From the NCBI GenBank assembly GCA_963707915.1, contig OY970178.1, positions 3,104,001-3,168,000 on the forward strand: 64,000 bases of DNA, read 5' to 3'. The DNA is from Candidatus Eiseniibacteriota bacterium (GTDB lineage: Bacteria; Eisenbacteria; RBG-16-71-46). Both the position numbers and the translations under genes were made by a program. Shown piece after piece: positions 41,347 through 51,564 of the stretch. A model generated the notes under the pieces. It was not told where the DNA came from. It was given only the letters and a program-made list of their open reading frames with translations, and searched no databases. Within the stretch, counting starts at the first letter, position 1; each line of letters starts with the position of its first letter.

Positions 41347-42872
41347 ATGCGAGCTCGGGTCGTCGCCCGGCTTCTCGCCCTGGCGCTGGTGGTGTCGTCG
41401 CCGTGCCCGGCGCAGGCGGGCACGGTGCGCATCGAGAGCGGGGGGATCGATAGGCGTCCCGAGCGGCCTGCCCGGCGTCCTCGTCTTCAGGGGGGTGCCC
41501 TATGCGCGGCCGCCGGTCGGGGCGCTCCGGTGGCAGCCGCCGCAGCCGCCGGCGGCGTGGAGCGGTGTGCGCAGGGCCGACGGCGTCGCTCCGTGCTGCC
41601 AGCAGGTGCCGTGGTCGGCGCCGCCCTGGACGGCGGAGTTCGTCACGCAGGAGCGGACGAGTGAGGACTGCCTCGACCTCAACCTCTGGACCGCGCAAGC
41701 CTCAGGCCGCACGAAGCGCCCGGTGCTCGTGTGGCTGCACGGCGGCGCGCTGACCGGAGGATCCGGCGCGGTGGCCGTGTACGACGGCGCCCAGCTCGCC
41801 CGTCGCGGCCTCGTGGTGGTGACCGTCAACTACCGGTTGGGCGCACTCGGCTTCCTCGCGCATCCCGGGCTGAGCGCGGAGTCCCCGCGGCACGTCTCCG
41901 GGAACTACGGGCTGCTCGATTGCATCGCCGCGCTGCAGTGGGTCCGGCGGAACATCGCGGCCTTCGGTGGCGACCCCGGGCGAGTGACGATCGCCGGGCA
42001 GTCTGCGGGCGCCGACCTGGTCAGCGCGCTGATGCGCTCGCCCCTGGCGACAGGGCTCTTCCACCGCGCCATCCTGATGAGCGGGGGCTCGTCCGACGGA
42101 TACCCTGCCGCTCGCCGAGGCCGAGCGGCAGGGCGCGGCGTGGGCGAGGACCTTCCAGGACAGCTCGCTCGCGGCGCTGCGCGCGCTGCCCGCCGCCGGA
42201 ACCATGGTCGGCGGGCGCTTCGGGCTCGTGGCGGACGGCTGGTGCCTTCCCGCGAACGGATCGACCGCTCCGGTGAGCGACGTGCCGATCCTCTTTGGCC
42301 TGACCGCGGACGAAGGCAGCAGTGACCCCACGTACGGCAAGGTCACGGCCGCGGAGTACGCGGCGTTCGCGCGCTCGCACCTGGACACGCTGGCGGACGA
42401 GGCGCTGCAGCTCTATCCGTTCTCCAACGACGAGCAGGCCGGGCTCGCGCAGAAGCAGAGCATGCGCGACCTCGGGCTCTTCCAGACCCTGCGCTGGGCG
42501 CGCGCGCGCGCCGCTCGGGACCACGCGCCACTGTACGCGTACTATTTCACGCGCGGCATCCCCTGGCCCGAGCATCCGGAGTTCGGCGCGTTCCACAGCT
42601 CCGACGTGCCCTATGCATTCGCGAACCTCCGGCTGCTGCAACGTCCCTGGCAGGAGGCCGATCGCCGCCTGTCCGAGACGCTCGCGGCGTACTGGGTCCG
42701 CTTCGCCCGGACGGGAGATCCGAATGGGCCGGGATTGCCGGAGTGGCCGGCGTTCGATCCCGGCGAGCCGCGGCTGCTGGAGCTGGGCGCGACCGTGGCC
42801 CCGCGCCCGATCCTCGAACCCCGGCGCGTGGAGTTCTACGAGAAGTGCCTGGCGCTTCCCCCGCGCGAGTAG
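41347..42872 (+). pseudogene. Secreted type-B carboxylesterase with two frameshifts (pseudogene or sequencing errors)
   Basis: FRGVPYARPPVGALRW, SEDCL.LN, WLHGG, GQSAG, GAFHSSD; frame changes at about 41445 and about 42104. Confidence 0.8.
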
Positions 42873-42943
42873 GCGCGCGCAGCCCGCCTCACGATCCGCC
42901 CGCTGGCCATGCTGCAGTCCGCGCGAAGCGTCGATGATGCCCG

Positions 42944-45919
42944 TCACTCCAGCAACGTCAACTTGCGCGTTCCGACCACACGGTCACCGAGCCGCATGCG
43001 CACGAAGTAGAGCCCCGCCGCGAGTCTCCGGCCGCTGGCGTCCGCCGGTCGCCAGGACGCCGACCATTCGCCGGCACTGCGCGCGCCCGGCTCCACCGAC
43101 GCCACCCGACGGCCAGCCATGTCGAGGACGTCGAACGCCACCTCGCCCTCGGCCCGCAACGCGTAGTCGATGCGCAGCGCGCCGCGGCCCGGGTTGGGCG
43201 AGATGCCGCCTAACGCGTCGCGGTCGGGACGTGGCGTGCCTTCCACGGTGACGGTTCCGCTCCGCAGTCCGACCTCGAAGATGCCTGCGCCCCCGTCGCG
43301 CACCACGACGACGCCGTACCAGCCGGTGACCGGCGCCGTGATCACCACGGACTGCTGACTCTCCACCAGCGCGCTCGCGCGACCCGTCCACAAGGGGCCG
43401 CCGGTGGGCGCGAAGACCAGCACCTTCGCATCGAGCCCGGGGCTGTGCGAGAACGTGAGGGTGTAGGTCTGGCCGGCGATCATGGGCGCATCCCAGCTCT
43501 CCACCAGGAAGTCGCTCGTTGTGGTGCGCACGTTGTCGGGCGCGTCGAGCGTCAGCTCCTGATGGCCTGGGAAGTACTCCACCAGTCCCGCATCGGCGCC
43601 GGTCCAGCGGATCGCGGAAGCGTAGTAGGTGGCGAACGAGTTGAAGTTGAAGTCGCCGACCACGACGTCCGCCTCGGGGTACATGGTCGAGTTCGCCAGC
43701 ATCCCGCTCAGGCACGTGCCGATCGCTCCACCTGTCGGCGACGAGTAGGCGTAGAGACTCCAGTCGCTGCTGCTCGTCAGTCCGGCCGCGGCGATCGCCG
43801 TCCAGTAGGGCAACGCCGGCGCGAACGAGACGAACGCCCTTGGCTCGGTCGGCACGATGAACGCCGGCCCCGGCGTGAGCGACACGATCGGCGGGCAGGT
43901 GCGCACCCTGATCGTGTAGGCGTCCGCCGCTCCGTTCTCGTTGACGACAACGACTCCATAGAATCCGCTGCTCGGCGCCGTGTACGTGTGGGCGCCCGCG
44001 CCGCTCTCGAACTCGGCCATCTGGCGGCCTGCCCAGTACTCGTAGCCGGTCTCGTTGCGGAACAGCATGAGCGTGAGGGAGGCGGCCGGACCGCTCGAGA
44101 GTTCGAACTCGTAGGCCTGCCCGGCCTCCAGGTACACGTCCCAGCAACCCACGACGTCGTCGGGTCCGGTGGTGCGCTGCGTGACGTTGTTGTCATTGGC
44201 GATGATCAGGTTCTCGCCGGAATCCCACTGCACGGCTGTCGACGACACGCTTTCGGCGCGGGGCTGCGCGGCGTTCAGATAGTAGGTGCCGGGCGTGTTG
44301 TAGTTGAAGTCGCCGACGACGACGGGTTGCCGCCCTGAGGGCACGCCATAGGACGTGGCAAAGGGCAGCGTGGTGCAGCTTGGCCACAGCGAACTGAGGT
44401 TGTCGCCGTTGAGGTTCAGCACCCATTCCGGGCTTTCGCCGCGCAATGCGGCGGCGGTCCAGTATCGGGCGGTCTGCGCGATCGAGAAGTACGCCGTCAT
44501 CACCATGCCGGTCGAGGCGGTAACGCCGGGCGAGAGCGCGGTCGGGAACGAGCAGTCGCCGAAGGTAACGCTGTAGTCGCCGGCAACCGCCGCATCGTTG
44601 ACGACCGCCACGCCGTACCATCCGCTCACCGGCGCGGTGTAGGTGGTCGGCCCCGCCCCGCCCCCTGGCGAGCTCAGGACGGCCGCGGACCTACCGGCAA
44701 AGTACGCGCCGCCGCCGCTGTTGGCGAACAACAGCAACGTCCGACCGATGGGGAGTGAGAGGATGAAGCGGTACGTGTGGCCGGCGTGCAAGTAGACGTC
44801 GTAGAAATCGGCGAGATCGCTGCCCGCCATGGACTCGAAATGCGGGAGGCTGTTGGTTTCGAGGATCCCCTGCGTACCGGTGAACTCGACTTCGCCCGCG
44901 GCCGCGCCGCTGAACAGGTGCGGGTAGACGAAGTACCAGCCCGCGGGTGAGAAGCTGAAGTCGCCCACCGTGAGGTCCACGCTGCCGGGGCCGAACCCCG
45001 AGGTGGCGAACAGCCCGTCGAAGCACGTCGGCGGACTGCCGCCGCTCGGCATGTCGTAGAGGCCGAGGTCCCAGTCTGCGGCCGAGGACCGGACCGCACA
45101 TCCCATCCAGAACGGGTCCCTCGCCTCGAAGGCCAGGTTCCCGTTCGGCAGAGCGACGACAACCGGCGTCTGCGCCGTGAGGGCCGAGGGGATCGGGCAG
45201 GTCGAAGCCGTGACGCCCAGCTTGTACGAGAGGGCGGTGCCGGCGTCGTTGGTGAGCACGAGGCCGTAGTAACCGGTCGTTGTCGGCGTGAAGGTCGTTG
45301 TGCCGGTGACGTCGAAGTGGGCTGCGCTGCGGCCGGCCCAGTAAGTGCCGCCCGTGATGTTGGCGAACAACATCAGGTGGGCCCCCGACCAGTTCGTGGG
45401 GAAGAAGTCGAACGTGTAGGTCGTGCCCGTGGACATGTAGACGTCCCAGACGCGGATCAGGTCGGATGTGGCCATCGATCCGGAGATCGCGGAGCCGTTG
45501 GGTACGATGACGTCGGGGCCGTCGTCCCACTGCACGGTCGCATTCCCTCCGGAGTATCGGGACACCGAGGGGTAGTAGGTGCCCGGCGCGTTGTGGTTGA
45601 AATCGCCGACGACGAAGTCCAGCACGCCGACTCCGGCGGTCGATGACGCCAGCAGGCCGGTGGGCGTGCAGGAAGGCTCTGGCGTGGTGCCCGAGTAGAG
45701 GAAGAGGTCCCAGTCCGCGCCCGGCTGCGGTCGCACCGCAACGGCAGTCCAGAAGGCCGAGGACTGCGCGAACTGACAGAGTGCCGGCGTGCTCGATACC
45801 GGCACCGCAGTGCCCGAGGTCAGCACTTGGGTCGGACATGCCGCACGCGCCGGGCCGGCGAGCGCGAGCGCAAGTACGACGGCGCTCGTCGTGTGGTGGA
45901 GAGCGATTCGGAGAGTCAT
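42944..45919 (-). CDS. Secreted 991-aa protein with four ~220-aa internal repeats and a FlgD-Ig/T9SS-A-like C-terminal domain
   Basis: Repeats start CPTQVL, CPIPSAL, CSFPTAL and CPPIVSL and share (F/Y)W.A, W.L, VGDF, (W/Y)D, AGR, G(Y/W/F)YG.V motifs; C-terminus SPNP...IDYAL...DMAGRRV...GLYFVR. Confidence 0.8.
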   Translation of the reverse strand: MTLRIALHHTTSAVVLALALAGPARAACPTQVLTSGTAVPVSSTPALCQFAQSSAFWTAVAVRPQPGADWDLFLYSGTTPEPSCTPTGLLASSTAGVGVLDFVVGDFNHNAPGTYYPSVSRYSGGNATVQWDDGPDVIVPNGSAISGSMATSDLIRVWDVYMSTGTTYTFDFFPTNWSGAHLMLFANITGGTYWAGRSAAHFDVTGTTTFTPTTTGYYGLVLTNDAGTALSYKLGVTASTCPIPSALTAQTPVVVALPNGNLAFEARDPFWMGCAVRSSAADWDLGLYDMPSGGSPPTCFDGLFATSGFGPGSVDLTVGDFSFSPAGWYFVYPHLFSGAAAGEVEFTGTQGILETNSLPHFESMAGSDLADFYDVYLHAGHTYRFILSLPIGRTLLLFANSGGGAYFAGRSAAVLSSPGGGAGPTTYTAPVSGWYGVAVVNDAAVAGDYSVTFGDCSFPTALSPGVTASTGMVMTAYFSIAQTARYWTAAALRGESPEWVLNLNGDNLSSLWPSCTTLPFATSYGVPSGRQPVVVGDFNYNTPGTYYLNAAQPRAESVSSTAVQWDSGENLIIANDNNVTQRTTGPDDVVGCWDVYLEAGQAYEFELSSGPAASLTLMLFRNETGYEYWAGRQMAEFESGAGAHTYTAPSSGFYGVVVVNENGAADAYTIRVRTCPPIVSLTPGPAFIVPTEPRAFVSFAPALPYWTAIAAAGLTSSSDWSLYAYSSPTGGAIGTCLSGMLANSTMYPEADVVVGDFNFNSFATYYASAIRWTGADAGLVEYFPGHQELTLDAPDNVRTTTSDFLVESWDAPMIAGQTYTLTFSHSPGLDAKVLVFAPTGGPLWTGRASALVESQQSVVITAPVTGWYGVVVVRDGGAGIFEVGLRSGTVTVEGTPRPDRDALGGISPNPGRGALRIDYALRAEGEVAFDVLDMAGRRVASVEPGARSAGEWSASWRPADASGRRLAAGLYFVRMRLGDRVVGTRKLTLLE

Positions 45920-46536
45920 CGCGAGCCTCCCTTCGCGATGCGACGAAGCTCCGCCTGCTTCTCGAGCTGCGCGGGCGCCAGCGGCGTGGGCGCGGGGTTG
46001 AGGATCGCGCCGGCCGCCAGCCGGTTCTCCGATGCAGACGACGGCGCACTGCGCGCGTGCGCCCGCTTCTCGGTGATCGCCGCGGCCCGCTCCGCCCCCA
46101 GCTTCGGATCCAGCGGCCGTGACGTAACGAGCGGGCCGGGCCTGGTGCGTACGTCACCCGCGGGCGCAGCGCCCGCGGGCAGCCCGAGCATCGTGGCGCG
46201 ATTGCGCTGCTGCATCCTCAGCAGCGCGCCAGACTGCTTCTCGGCCTGCGAATTCTCCGTCGGCCGGTCGGGGCCCGGCGGGCGCGAGGTCGCGACCGGC
46301 GGGGCCTTCGCATCGCCGAGCGCGAACGCCGCTGCCGGCGCCGGAATCGCCGCGTGGATCGACTCCAGCTTGATGCGTTGAGCGGCCGTGGGCGTGGGCG
46401 ATAGCGAAGGCGGCAGTTCGGTGCGCACCTCGGCGGGCTTGCCGGTGGCGTCCGGCGAGGAGTCACCGGCGAGCGCCGGATCGGGTGAGGCGCACAACGC
46501 TACCGCGCTGGCGAGAACCAGGAGAGCGCATTTCAT
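45916..46536 (-). CDS. Secreted Pro/Ala-rich low-complexity protein
   Basis: Signal peptide MKCALLVLASAVALCASPDPALA; GGAG RBS; ATGA overlap with the repeat protein. Confidence 0.6.
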   Translation of the reverse strand: MKCALLVLASAVALCASPDPALAGDSSPDATGKPAEVRTELPPSLSPTPTAAQRIKLESIHAAIPAPAAAFALGDAKAPPVATSRPPGPDRPTENSQAEKQSGALLRMQQRNRATMLGLPAGAAPAGDVRTRPGPLVTSRPLDPKLGAERAAAITEKRAHARSAPSSASENRLAAGAILNPAPTPLAPAQLEKQAELRRIAKGGSR

Positions 46537-46585
46537 GGGAGACTCCTCCGCGTCGAGGTGAAGAATCGGCATGGGGCTACCGCTC

Positions 46586-46612
46586 AAACGACCCGAGGCC
46601 GCGCGAATCACA
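46586..46612 (-). promoter_or_regulatory. Putative ECF-sigma promoter TGTGATTC-N14-CGTTT (target operon)
   Basis: Same motif and spacing as 49826-49852; lies 50 bp upstream of ATG 46536. Confidence 0.7.
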
Positions 46613-46930
46613 CGGGAAGTGCGGGCGCGAGGGATCCCCGAGGCGGGGCGGACGGGCCGTGCCGGGGGCCACCGGGAACGAGCTTGCGTCGGGCGAAGGG
46701 CCCGGCTTTACTTGCGCTCACGACGAGGGGTCTGCGTCCGCAAATGACCCCGAGCGGGGCCGGGACGTTCCGCCGGAGCCCGCGCCGGCGAACTCCCGAG
46801 CCGCGGCTGGAGGGTGGGTGTCGAATCCCGAAGGTCAACTCCACTGGGTCGGCGGGGCGCCCGCGGGCGCCGCGCCCCGTTGATCGACTTTTCCGTGGCC
46901 GCCACCCGGGCGGGGCCGGTCCGGCTGGGG

Positions 46931-49858
46931 ATGCTCCTCGCCGTGGTGTTGCTCGCGAGCGGCGCGGGTTCCACGCCGTCCGCGCCGGGGCGGGCCGCGG
47001 CGCCCGAGGTCGCCGGGCGCACGTCGCCGGGGGCTTCGGCCCCGGATCGCACTCCCGTCCAGCGCCGCACGCTCGCGCTCCTCGATTCGCTCTGGGCCGC
47101 GGGGAGGACCGATACGCTGTGGACGTGCGCGGAGGCCGCGTTGCGGACGGCCCGCGTCCGCGGCGACGCGAGGCTCACGCTCGATCTGCTGGCGACGCGC
47201 GGGCGGATGCGCGCGAGCCTCGGACTGATCGCGGAATCCGAGCCCGATCTACGAGCCGCCATCCGCATGGCGCGATCGGCCGGCGACGACTCGACGCTGC
47301 GGGCCAGCCTGCGATGGCTCGCCTATGCCCTGGATCGCGAGGGCAGGAACGACGAGGCGCTCCGCGCGTGGCAGCGTCTTCGCGCGCACTCGGAGCGGGC
47401 CGGCGACCTCGTGCACCAGGCGTGGGCCTGGTCGGGCATCGGCTTCCTGCGCTGGCAGTCGGGCGACCCCCGGGCCGCCGAGAGCGCCGACCTGCGGGCG
47501 CTGGGCCTCTTCCGCGCGGCGCACGACGAGCGCGGCGAGGCGTTCGTGCTGAACGCGCTGGGTGTGGTGGCGAACGCGCAGGGTGACTACCTCCGGGCCG
47601 ACCAGCGCTTCCGGCTCGCGGCCGCGAAGGCCGACCGTGCGCGGTGGACGTGGCTGGCGGCCGTTGCCTGGAACAACGTCGCGTCGCTCGAGCAATCGCT
47701 GGGCGATCCGGGGCGCGCCCGCACCCTGTACGTGAAGGCCGCCGAGTTGCATCGCCGCGCAGGTGACCTGGCGGAAGCCCTGGTGACGGGCGAGAACGTC
47801 GCGCGCTGCGACGCGGCGCTGGGCGCGTACGACGAGGCCGCCGCGGAGCTCGAGCTGCTCTTCCGGGAGTGTCGCGAGCACGGGATCGCACACCTGGAGG
47901 GCGGGCTTCGCAACGCGCTCGCCGACGTGCGCACCCGCCAGGGTCGCCCGCACGCGGCCGCCCGTCTCTATCGGGCGAACCTCGAGCGTGGAGCCTCGAT
48001 CACGGCGGATGCGCATCAGGAAGCGGTGCTCGGACTCGCCCGCACGCTTGCCGCCGTGGACAGCGTGCCGGCTGGCCTGGCGCTGATGCGCCGGGAGTCG
48101 AGCTGGATTCGCACGGCGGCGGACGCGATCGGTCGCGCCGAATGCGACGAGGAGCTGGGCGACTTGCTGCTGCGAGCAGGTCGCCCGCAGGAGGCGCTGC
48201 GGGTCCTGCTCTCCGCGGCCGCCGAAGCTCGCCGGCTGGGGGTCGGTGCGCCCCGCATCCGGGCTCTGGCCGGGGCCGCCCGGGCCGCGGAGCGTCTCGG
48301 CATGCGCGATCGCGCGCTGGCGCTGCTCCGCGAGGCACTCGGCGTGTGGGAAGTGGAGCGGGGCCTGCCCGCCGATCCCGAGTGGCGTGAGGTGCGTGGT
48401 GTCGTTGCCGCGGACGTGGTTGCGAGCCTGGGAAGGCTGCTGCTCGTGCTCCCGCCCGACGCCTCCCCTGCCGAGCGCGCCCGGCACGCATTCGACGCGG
48501 TGCAGGCGTTCAAGGCGCGCACGTTGATGGAGCGCATGCTCGGCCCCGCGCGCGGCGACACGTCGTCACCCGCGGCGATCCCGACCACCTGCACGGAGCT
48601 ACAGCGTCGGGTGCTTCGCCCCGGGGAGCTGATGCTCGACTTCTACCTCGGGGCGGATTCCGGGCTGGTGTTCGTCGTGAGTCGCGAGGAGTGTCGCGCC
48701 TACCGCATTCCGCCGCGGCGCGAACTCGAGTCGGTGCTCGCGCCGTACTCGCGAGCCGTCGCCGCGGCCGACGGGAGTGCGGAGCCCGCGAGGGGGCGCG
48801 ACGCCGGTCTGGCGCTCGCACATCGCAGCGTGCGCGAGTTGCTGCTCGGGCCGGCGCTCGATCGCATCGCGCGGAGCCGCAGCCTGATCGTGGTTCCCGA
48901 CGGCATCCTCGATCGCCTAAGCTTCGCCGCGCTGCTCGACGACCCTTCGCCGGACCCGGCGGCGCGTCGGCTCGCGCTGCAGACCGTGCCGTCCGCGTCG
49001 ATCCTCGCCCGACTGCGAGCGACGCTGGCCGACCGCCCGGCGTGGGTGCGTGACGGGCCGTCGATCCTCGCTCTCGCCGGCGGCAGGGACGCGAGCGGCA
49101 ACCGACTCTCCGGCGCGCTGGGCGAAGTCCGGGACCTCGCCTCCGACTTCCGCCGCGTCTCCCTCGCGCTGCCCGGGACGCCGTCGCCCCCGCGGGCGGG
49201 TCCGGTGGACTCGATCCGCGCGGCGGAACTCCGCGGGACGGCGCTGCTCGAGCGCGCGGCGGGTTACGATGTGCTCCACTTCGCGGCGCACACCACGATC
49301 GACGAGCAACGTCCCTGGCGATCCTCGCTCCGCCTCGGCGACGAGACCGACCCGGGGCGGCTACTGCGCCTGACCGGCTCGGCCATCGCGCGATCGACGC
49401 TCTCCGCGCGGCTGGTCGTCCTGTCGACCTGTCGTTCTGCCGACGGCCGGTTGCTGCCGGGGGAAGGCGTGCAGGGGCCGGCGGCGGCGTTCCTGGTCGC
49501 TGGGGTTCCGGCCGTGGTCGCGGCGCTGTGGCCGGTGCAGGACGCCGATGCCCGCTGGATGATGCGACGCCTCTACCTCCACCTGGCGGAGGGTGCGACC
49601 GTGGGCGAAGCGCTGTCGCTGGCCCAGTCGGACGCGCGCAGGACCGCCGAGCGATTCCGTTCGGCGCGCTGGGCGGGCTATGTCGTCGTCGGCGACGGCG
49701 ACTTGCGGATTCCGATTCGACGCAGGACGCTTGCGGAACGCTTCGGGCTCCCGGCCGCGCTCCTGCTGTTCGGATGCGCGGCGGTCCTCGGCTGGCTTCT
49801 CCGGCCACCTGACATCAAGAGGGAATGTGATTCCCGCGAACCGTCGGCGTTTCCATGA
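46931..49858 (+). CDS. TPR-CHAT (caspase-HetF-like) protease with N-terminal signal and C-terminal TM helix
   Basis: TPR-like helical repeats, FKARTL, LIVVPDGIL..LSFAAL, catalytic His (VLHFAAH) and Cys (LVVLSTC), ALWPVQD, WAGYVVVGD, C-terminal hydrophobic helix. Start uncertain. Confidence 0.88.
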   Translation: MLLAVVLLASGAGSTPSAPGRAAAPEVAGRTSPGASAPDRTPVQRRTLALLDSLWAAGRTDTLWTCAEAALRTARVRGDARLTLDLLATRGRMRASLGLIAESEPDLRAAIRMARSAGDDSTLRASLRWLAYALDREGRNDEALRAWQRLRAHSERAGDLVHQAWAWSGIGFLRWQSGDPRAAESADLRALGLFRAAHDERGEAFVLNALGVVANAQGDYLRADQRFRLAAAKADRARWTWLAAVAWNNVASLEQSLGDPGRARTLYVKAAELHRRAGDLAEALVTGENVARCDAALGAYDEAAAELELLFRECREHGIAHLEGGLRNALADVRTRQGRPHAAARLYRANLERGASITADAHQEAVLGLARTLAAVDSVPAGLALMRRESSWIRTAADAIGRAECDEELGDLLLRAGRPQEALRVLLSAAAEARRLGVGAPRIRALAGAARAAERLGMRDRALALLREALGVWEVERGLPADPEWREVRGVVAADVVASLGRLLLVLPPDASPAERARHAFDAVQAFKARTLMERMLGPARGDTSSPAAIPTTCTELQRRVLRPGELMLDFYLGADSGLVFVVSREECRAYRIPPRRELESVLAPYSRAVAAADGSAEPARGRDAGLALAHRSVRELLLGPALDRIARSRSLIVVPDGILDRLSFAALLDDPSPDPAARRLALQTVPSASILARLRATLADRPAWVRDGPSILALAGGRDASGNRLSGALGEVRDLASDFRRVSLALPGTPSPPRAGPVDSIRAAELRGTALLERAAGYDVLHFAAHTTIDEQRPWRSSLRLGDETDPGRLLRLTGSAIARSTLSARLVVLSTCRSADGRLLPGEGVQGPAAAFLVAGVPAVVAALWPVQDADARWMMRRLYLHLAEGATVGEALSLAQSDARRTAERFRSARWAGYVVVGDGDLRIPIRRRTLAERFGLPAALLLFGCAAVLGWLLRPPDIKRECDSREPSAFP
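49826..49852 (+). promoter_or_regulatory. Putative ECF-sigma autoregulatory promoter TGTGATTC-N14-CGTTT
   Basis: Inside the 3' end of the CHAT gene; the -10 box ends 5 nt before ATG 49858, which fits a leaderless mRNA. Confidence 0.7.
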
Positions 49859-50463
49859 TGAAGCCGGACGCTGAGGATCCCCGAAGCGACGAGGATCTGG
49901 CGCTCCTGGCCGCGGGCTGCCCGGATAGTCCGGCCGGGAGGAAGGCGGCGTGCACGGTTCTCGAACGCTACGCACGGGTCGTCTACCGCTGGTGCTATTC
50001 CTACGTCGGCAACGTCGAACAGGCCGAGGATCTCGCGCAGGACGTGCTGCTACGCGCCTACCGTCACCTCGGGGACTTCGAGGGATGGGGACGATTCTCG
50101 GCCTGGCTCTTCGTGATCACGCGCAACCTCTGCCTGGACGCGGTGCGGCGCGACGCGCGTCGGAAGCGCGAGGAGATCGAGTTGGATCGGCTCGCCGACC
50201 CCGCTCCGGGGCCGGAGGCCGAGTTGGCCGCGCGCCGGGAAGAGGAGCGCACGTTGTCGCTGATTCGAGAGCATCTGTCGGAGCAGGAGCAGGACGCGCT
50301 CTGGCTCCGCTGCTTCGAACGCATGCCCCTCGACGCCATCACCCGTGTGCTCGGTATCACGCAACGCAGTGGAGCGCGCGCGGTGCTCCAGAACGCCCGG
50401 CGCAAGCTCCGCGCGGCGTTGGGCGATGCGCATCCGCTGGCCCGGGAGGGGGACGATGACTGA
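49855..50463 (+). CDS. ECF RNA polymerase sigma factor
   Basis: AEDLAQDVLLRAY, FSAWLFVITRNLCLD, region 4 LSEQEQDALWLR...ARRKLR. Confidence 0.9.
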   Translation: MMKPDAEDPRSDEDLALLAAGCPDSPAGRKAACTVLERYARVVYRWCYSYVGNVEQAEDLAQDVLLRAYRHLGDFEGWGRFSAWLFVITRNLCLDAVRRDARRKREEIELDRLADPAPGPEAELAARREEERTLSLIREHLSEQEQDALWLRCFERMPLDAITRVLGITQRSGARAVLQNARRKLRAALGDAHPLAREGDDD

Positions 50464-51277
50464 ACGATGCCCGACGCTGCGCGAGCTCCTCGCGCTGGTG
50501 GACCGCGTGCCCGGTGGCGACGCCGCCCACGGCGTGAGCGGCGCCCCGAGCCAGCCGCCGCCGATCCCCACCGACGCGGGCGCCTCCAACCCGCCGCTCC
50601 CGGATGACACCTGGGCGCACGTCCGCAGTTGTCCGCGGTGCCGGAGTCTGCTGGCGGCCTACCACGAGTTCGAGTCGCCGCAGGTCCGAGATCGCTGCGA
50701 GGGCGAGCCCGAGGCAGTGGCGCGCCTGGGCGCATTCCTCGAGTCGATGATCGTCGGGCCCGGCGCCGCCCCGACCGTGGCCGCGATCCCCGGGGCCCGA
50801 CGGCTTGCGGGTGGCAGGGCGGGGGAAGCCACGCGGGTCGGGGAGATCTTCCGTCTACTCACCGGGTCCGGCCGCCTGGTTCCCGTGGCCGGCGCGGCAG
50901 CCATCGTCGCGGCGGTGTTCCTGTTGGTGCGCGGGAACGTGGATACGGCTCTGCGCTCCACCGTGCTTCGCGAGCAGCCGGCCGAATCCGCAGTCGGCAG
51001 TATCGTCGTCTTCCCACCGCGCCCGGTTGCGGGACGCGGGCTCGAGTTGCGCTGGAGGCGCGGGGGACCCGACGACACCTACCGGGTCCGCCTGCTCGAT
51101 TCCGGGATGCGCGAGGTCGGGTGTGTGGAGGCGGGACGTGAGACGCTTCTGGTACTCGCCACGTCGGCGCTTACCGGCCCGCGCCTCCCGGTCTTCTGGC
51201 AGGTGGAAGCGCTGCGCGAGGGCGATCGCGTCGGCGATTCTCCTCCCGGCGAGCTGCCTCTGCTGCGTGGGCGGTAG
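50456..51277 (+). CDS. Putative ZAS anti-sigma factor (HxxxCxxC, TM helix, periplasmic Ig/FN3-like domain)
   Basis: WAHVRSCPRC; TM LVPVAGAAAIVAAVFLLV; overlaps the sigma stop. Confidence 0.75.
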   Translation: MTERCPTLRELLALVDRVPGGDAAHGVSGAPSQPPPIPTDAGASNPPLPDDTWAHVRSCPRCRSLLAAYHEFESPQVRDRCEGEPEAVARLGAFLESMIVGPGAAPTVAAIPGARRLAGGRAGEATRVGEIFRLLTGSGRLVPVAGAAAIVAAVFLLVRGNVDTALRSTVLREQPAESAVGSIVVFPPRPVAGRGLELRWRRGGPDDTYRVRLLDSGMREVGCVEAGRETLLVLATSALTGPRLPVFWQVEALREGDRVGDSPPGELPLLRGR

Positions 51278-51379
51278 CTCGAGTGGCGCGAGTCCCGCCG
51301 CCCCCCCTCGACCGAGCCGCCGGAGCCGTAGCCGGCGCGCGGCGCTCTGGGTGGCGTGGTTCAGCGGGGACTGAGAACT

Positions 51380-51564
51380 TGGTGCGCCGCCTAGGACTTG
51401 AACCTAGAACCTACTGATCAAGAGACTCTGATCGCCGCCAGCACGCAGCGGTTGTCGCGCAACGCACTGCGAAGAACGGCAAGAAGTTGGCCCGGGAACG
51501 AACGGGCATCTGCGGGCATCCTCGGGCACTTGAAGGGGCACGAAACGGGGAAGGTTTCCCCGCT
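51380..51564 (-). repeat. att-like repeat copy 1: 45-bp 3' half of tRNA-Lys plus 140-bp arm
   Basis: 185-bp direct repeat of 55855-56039 (9 mismatches counted); the first 45 bp match the tRNA with 1 mismatch. Confidence 0.92.
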
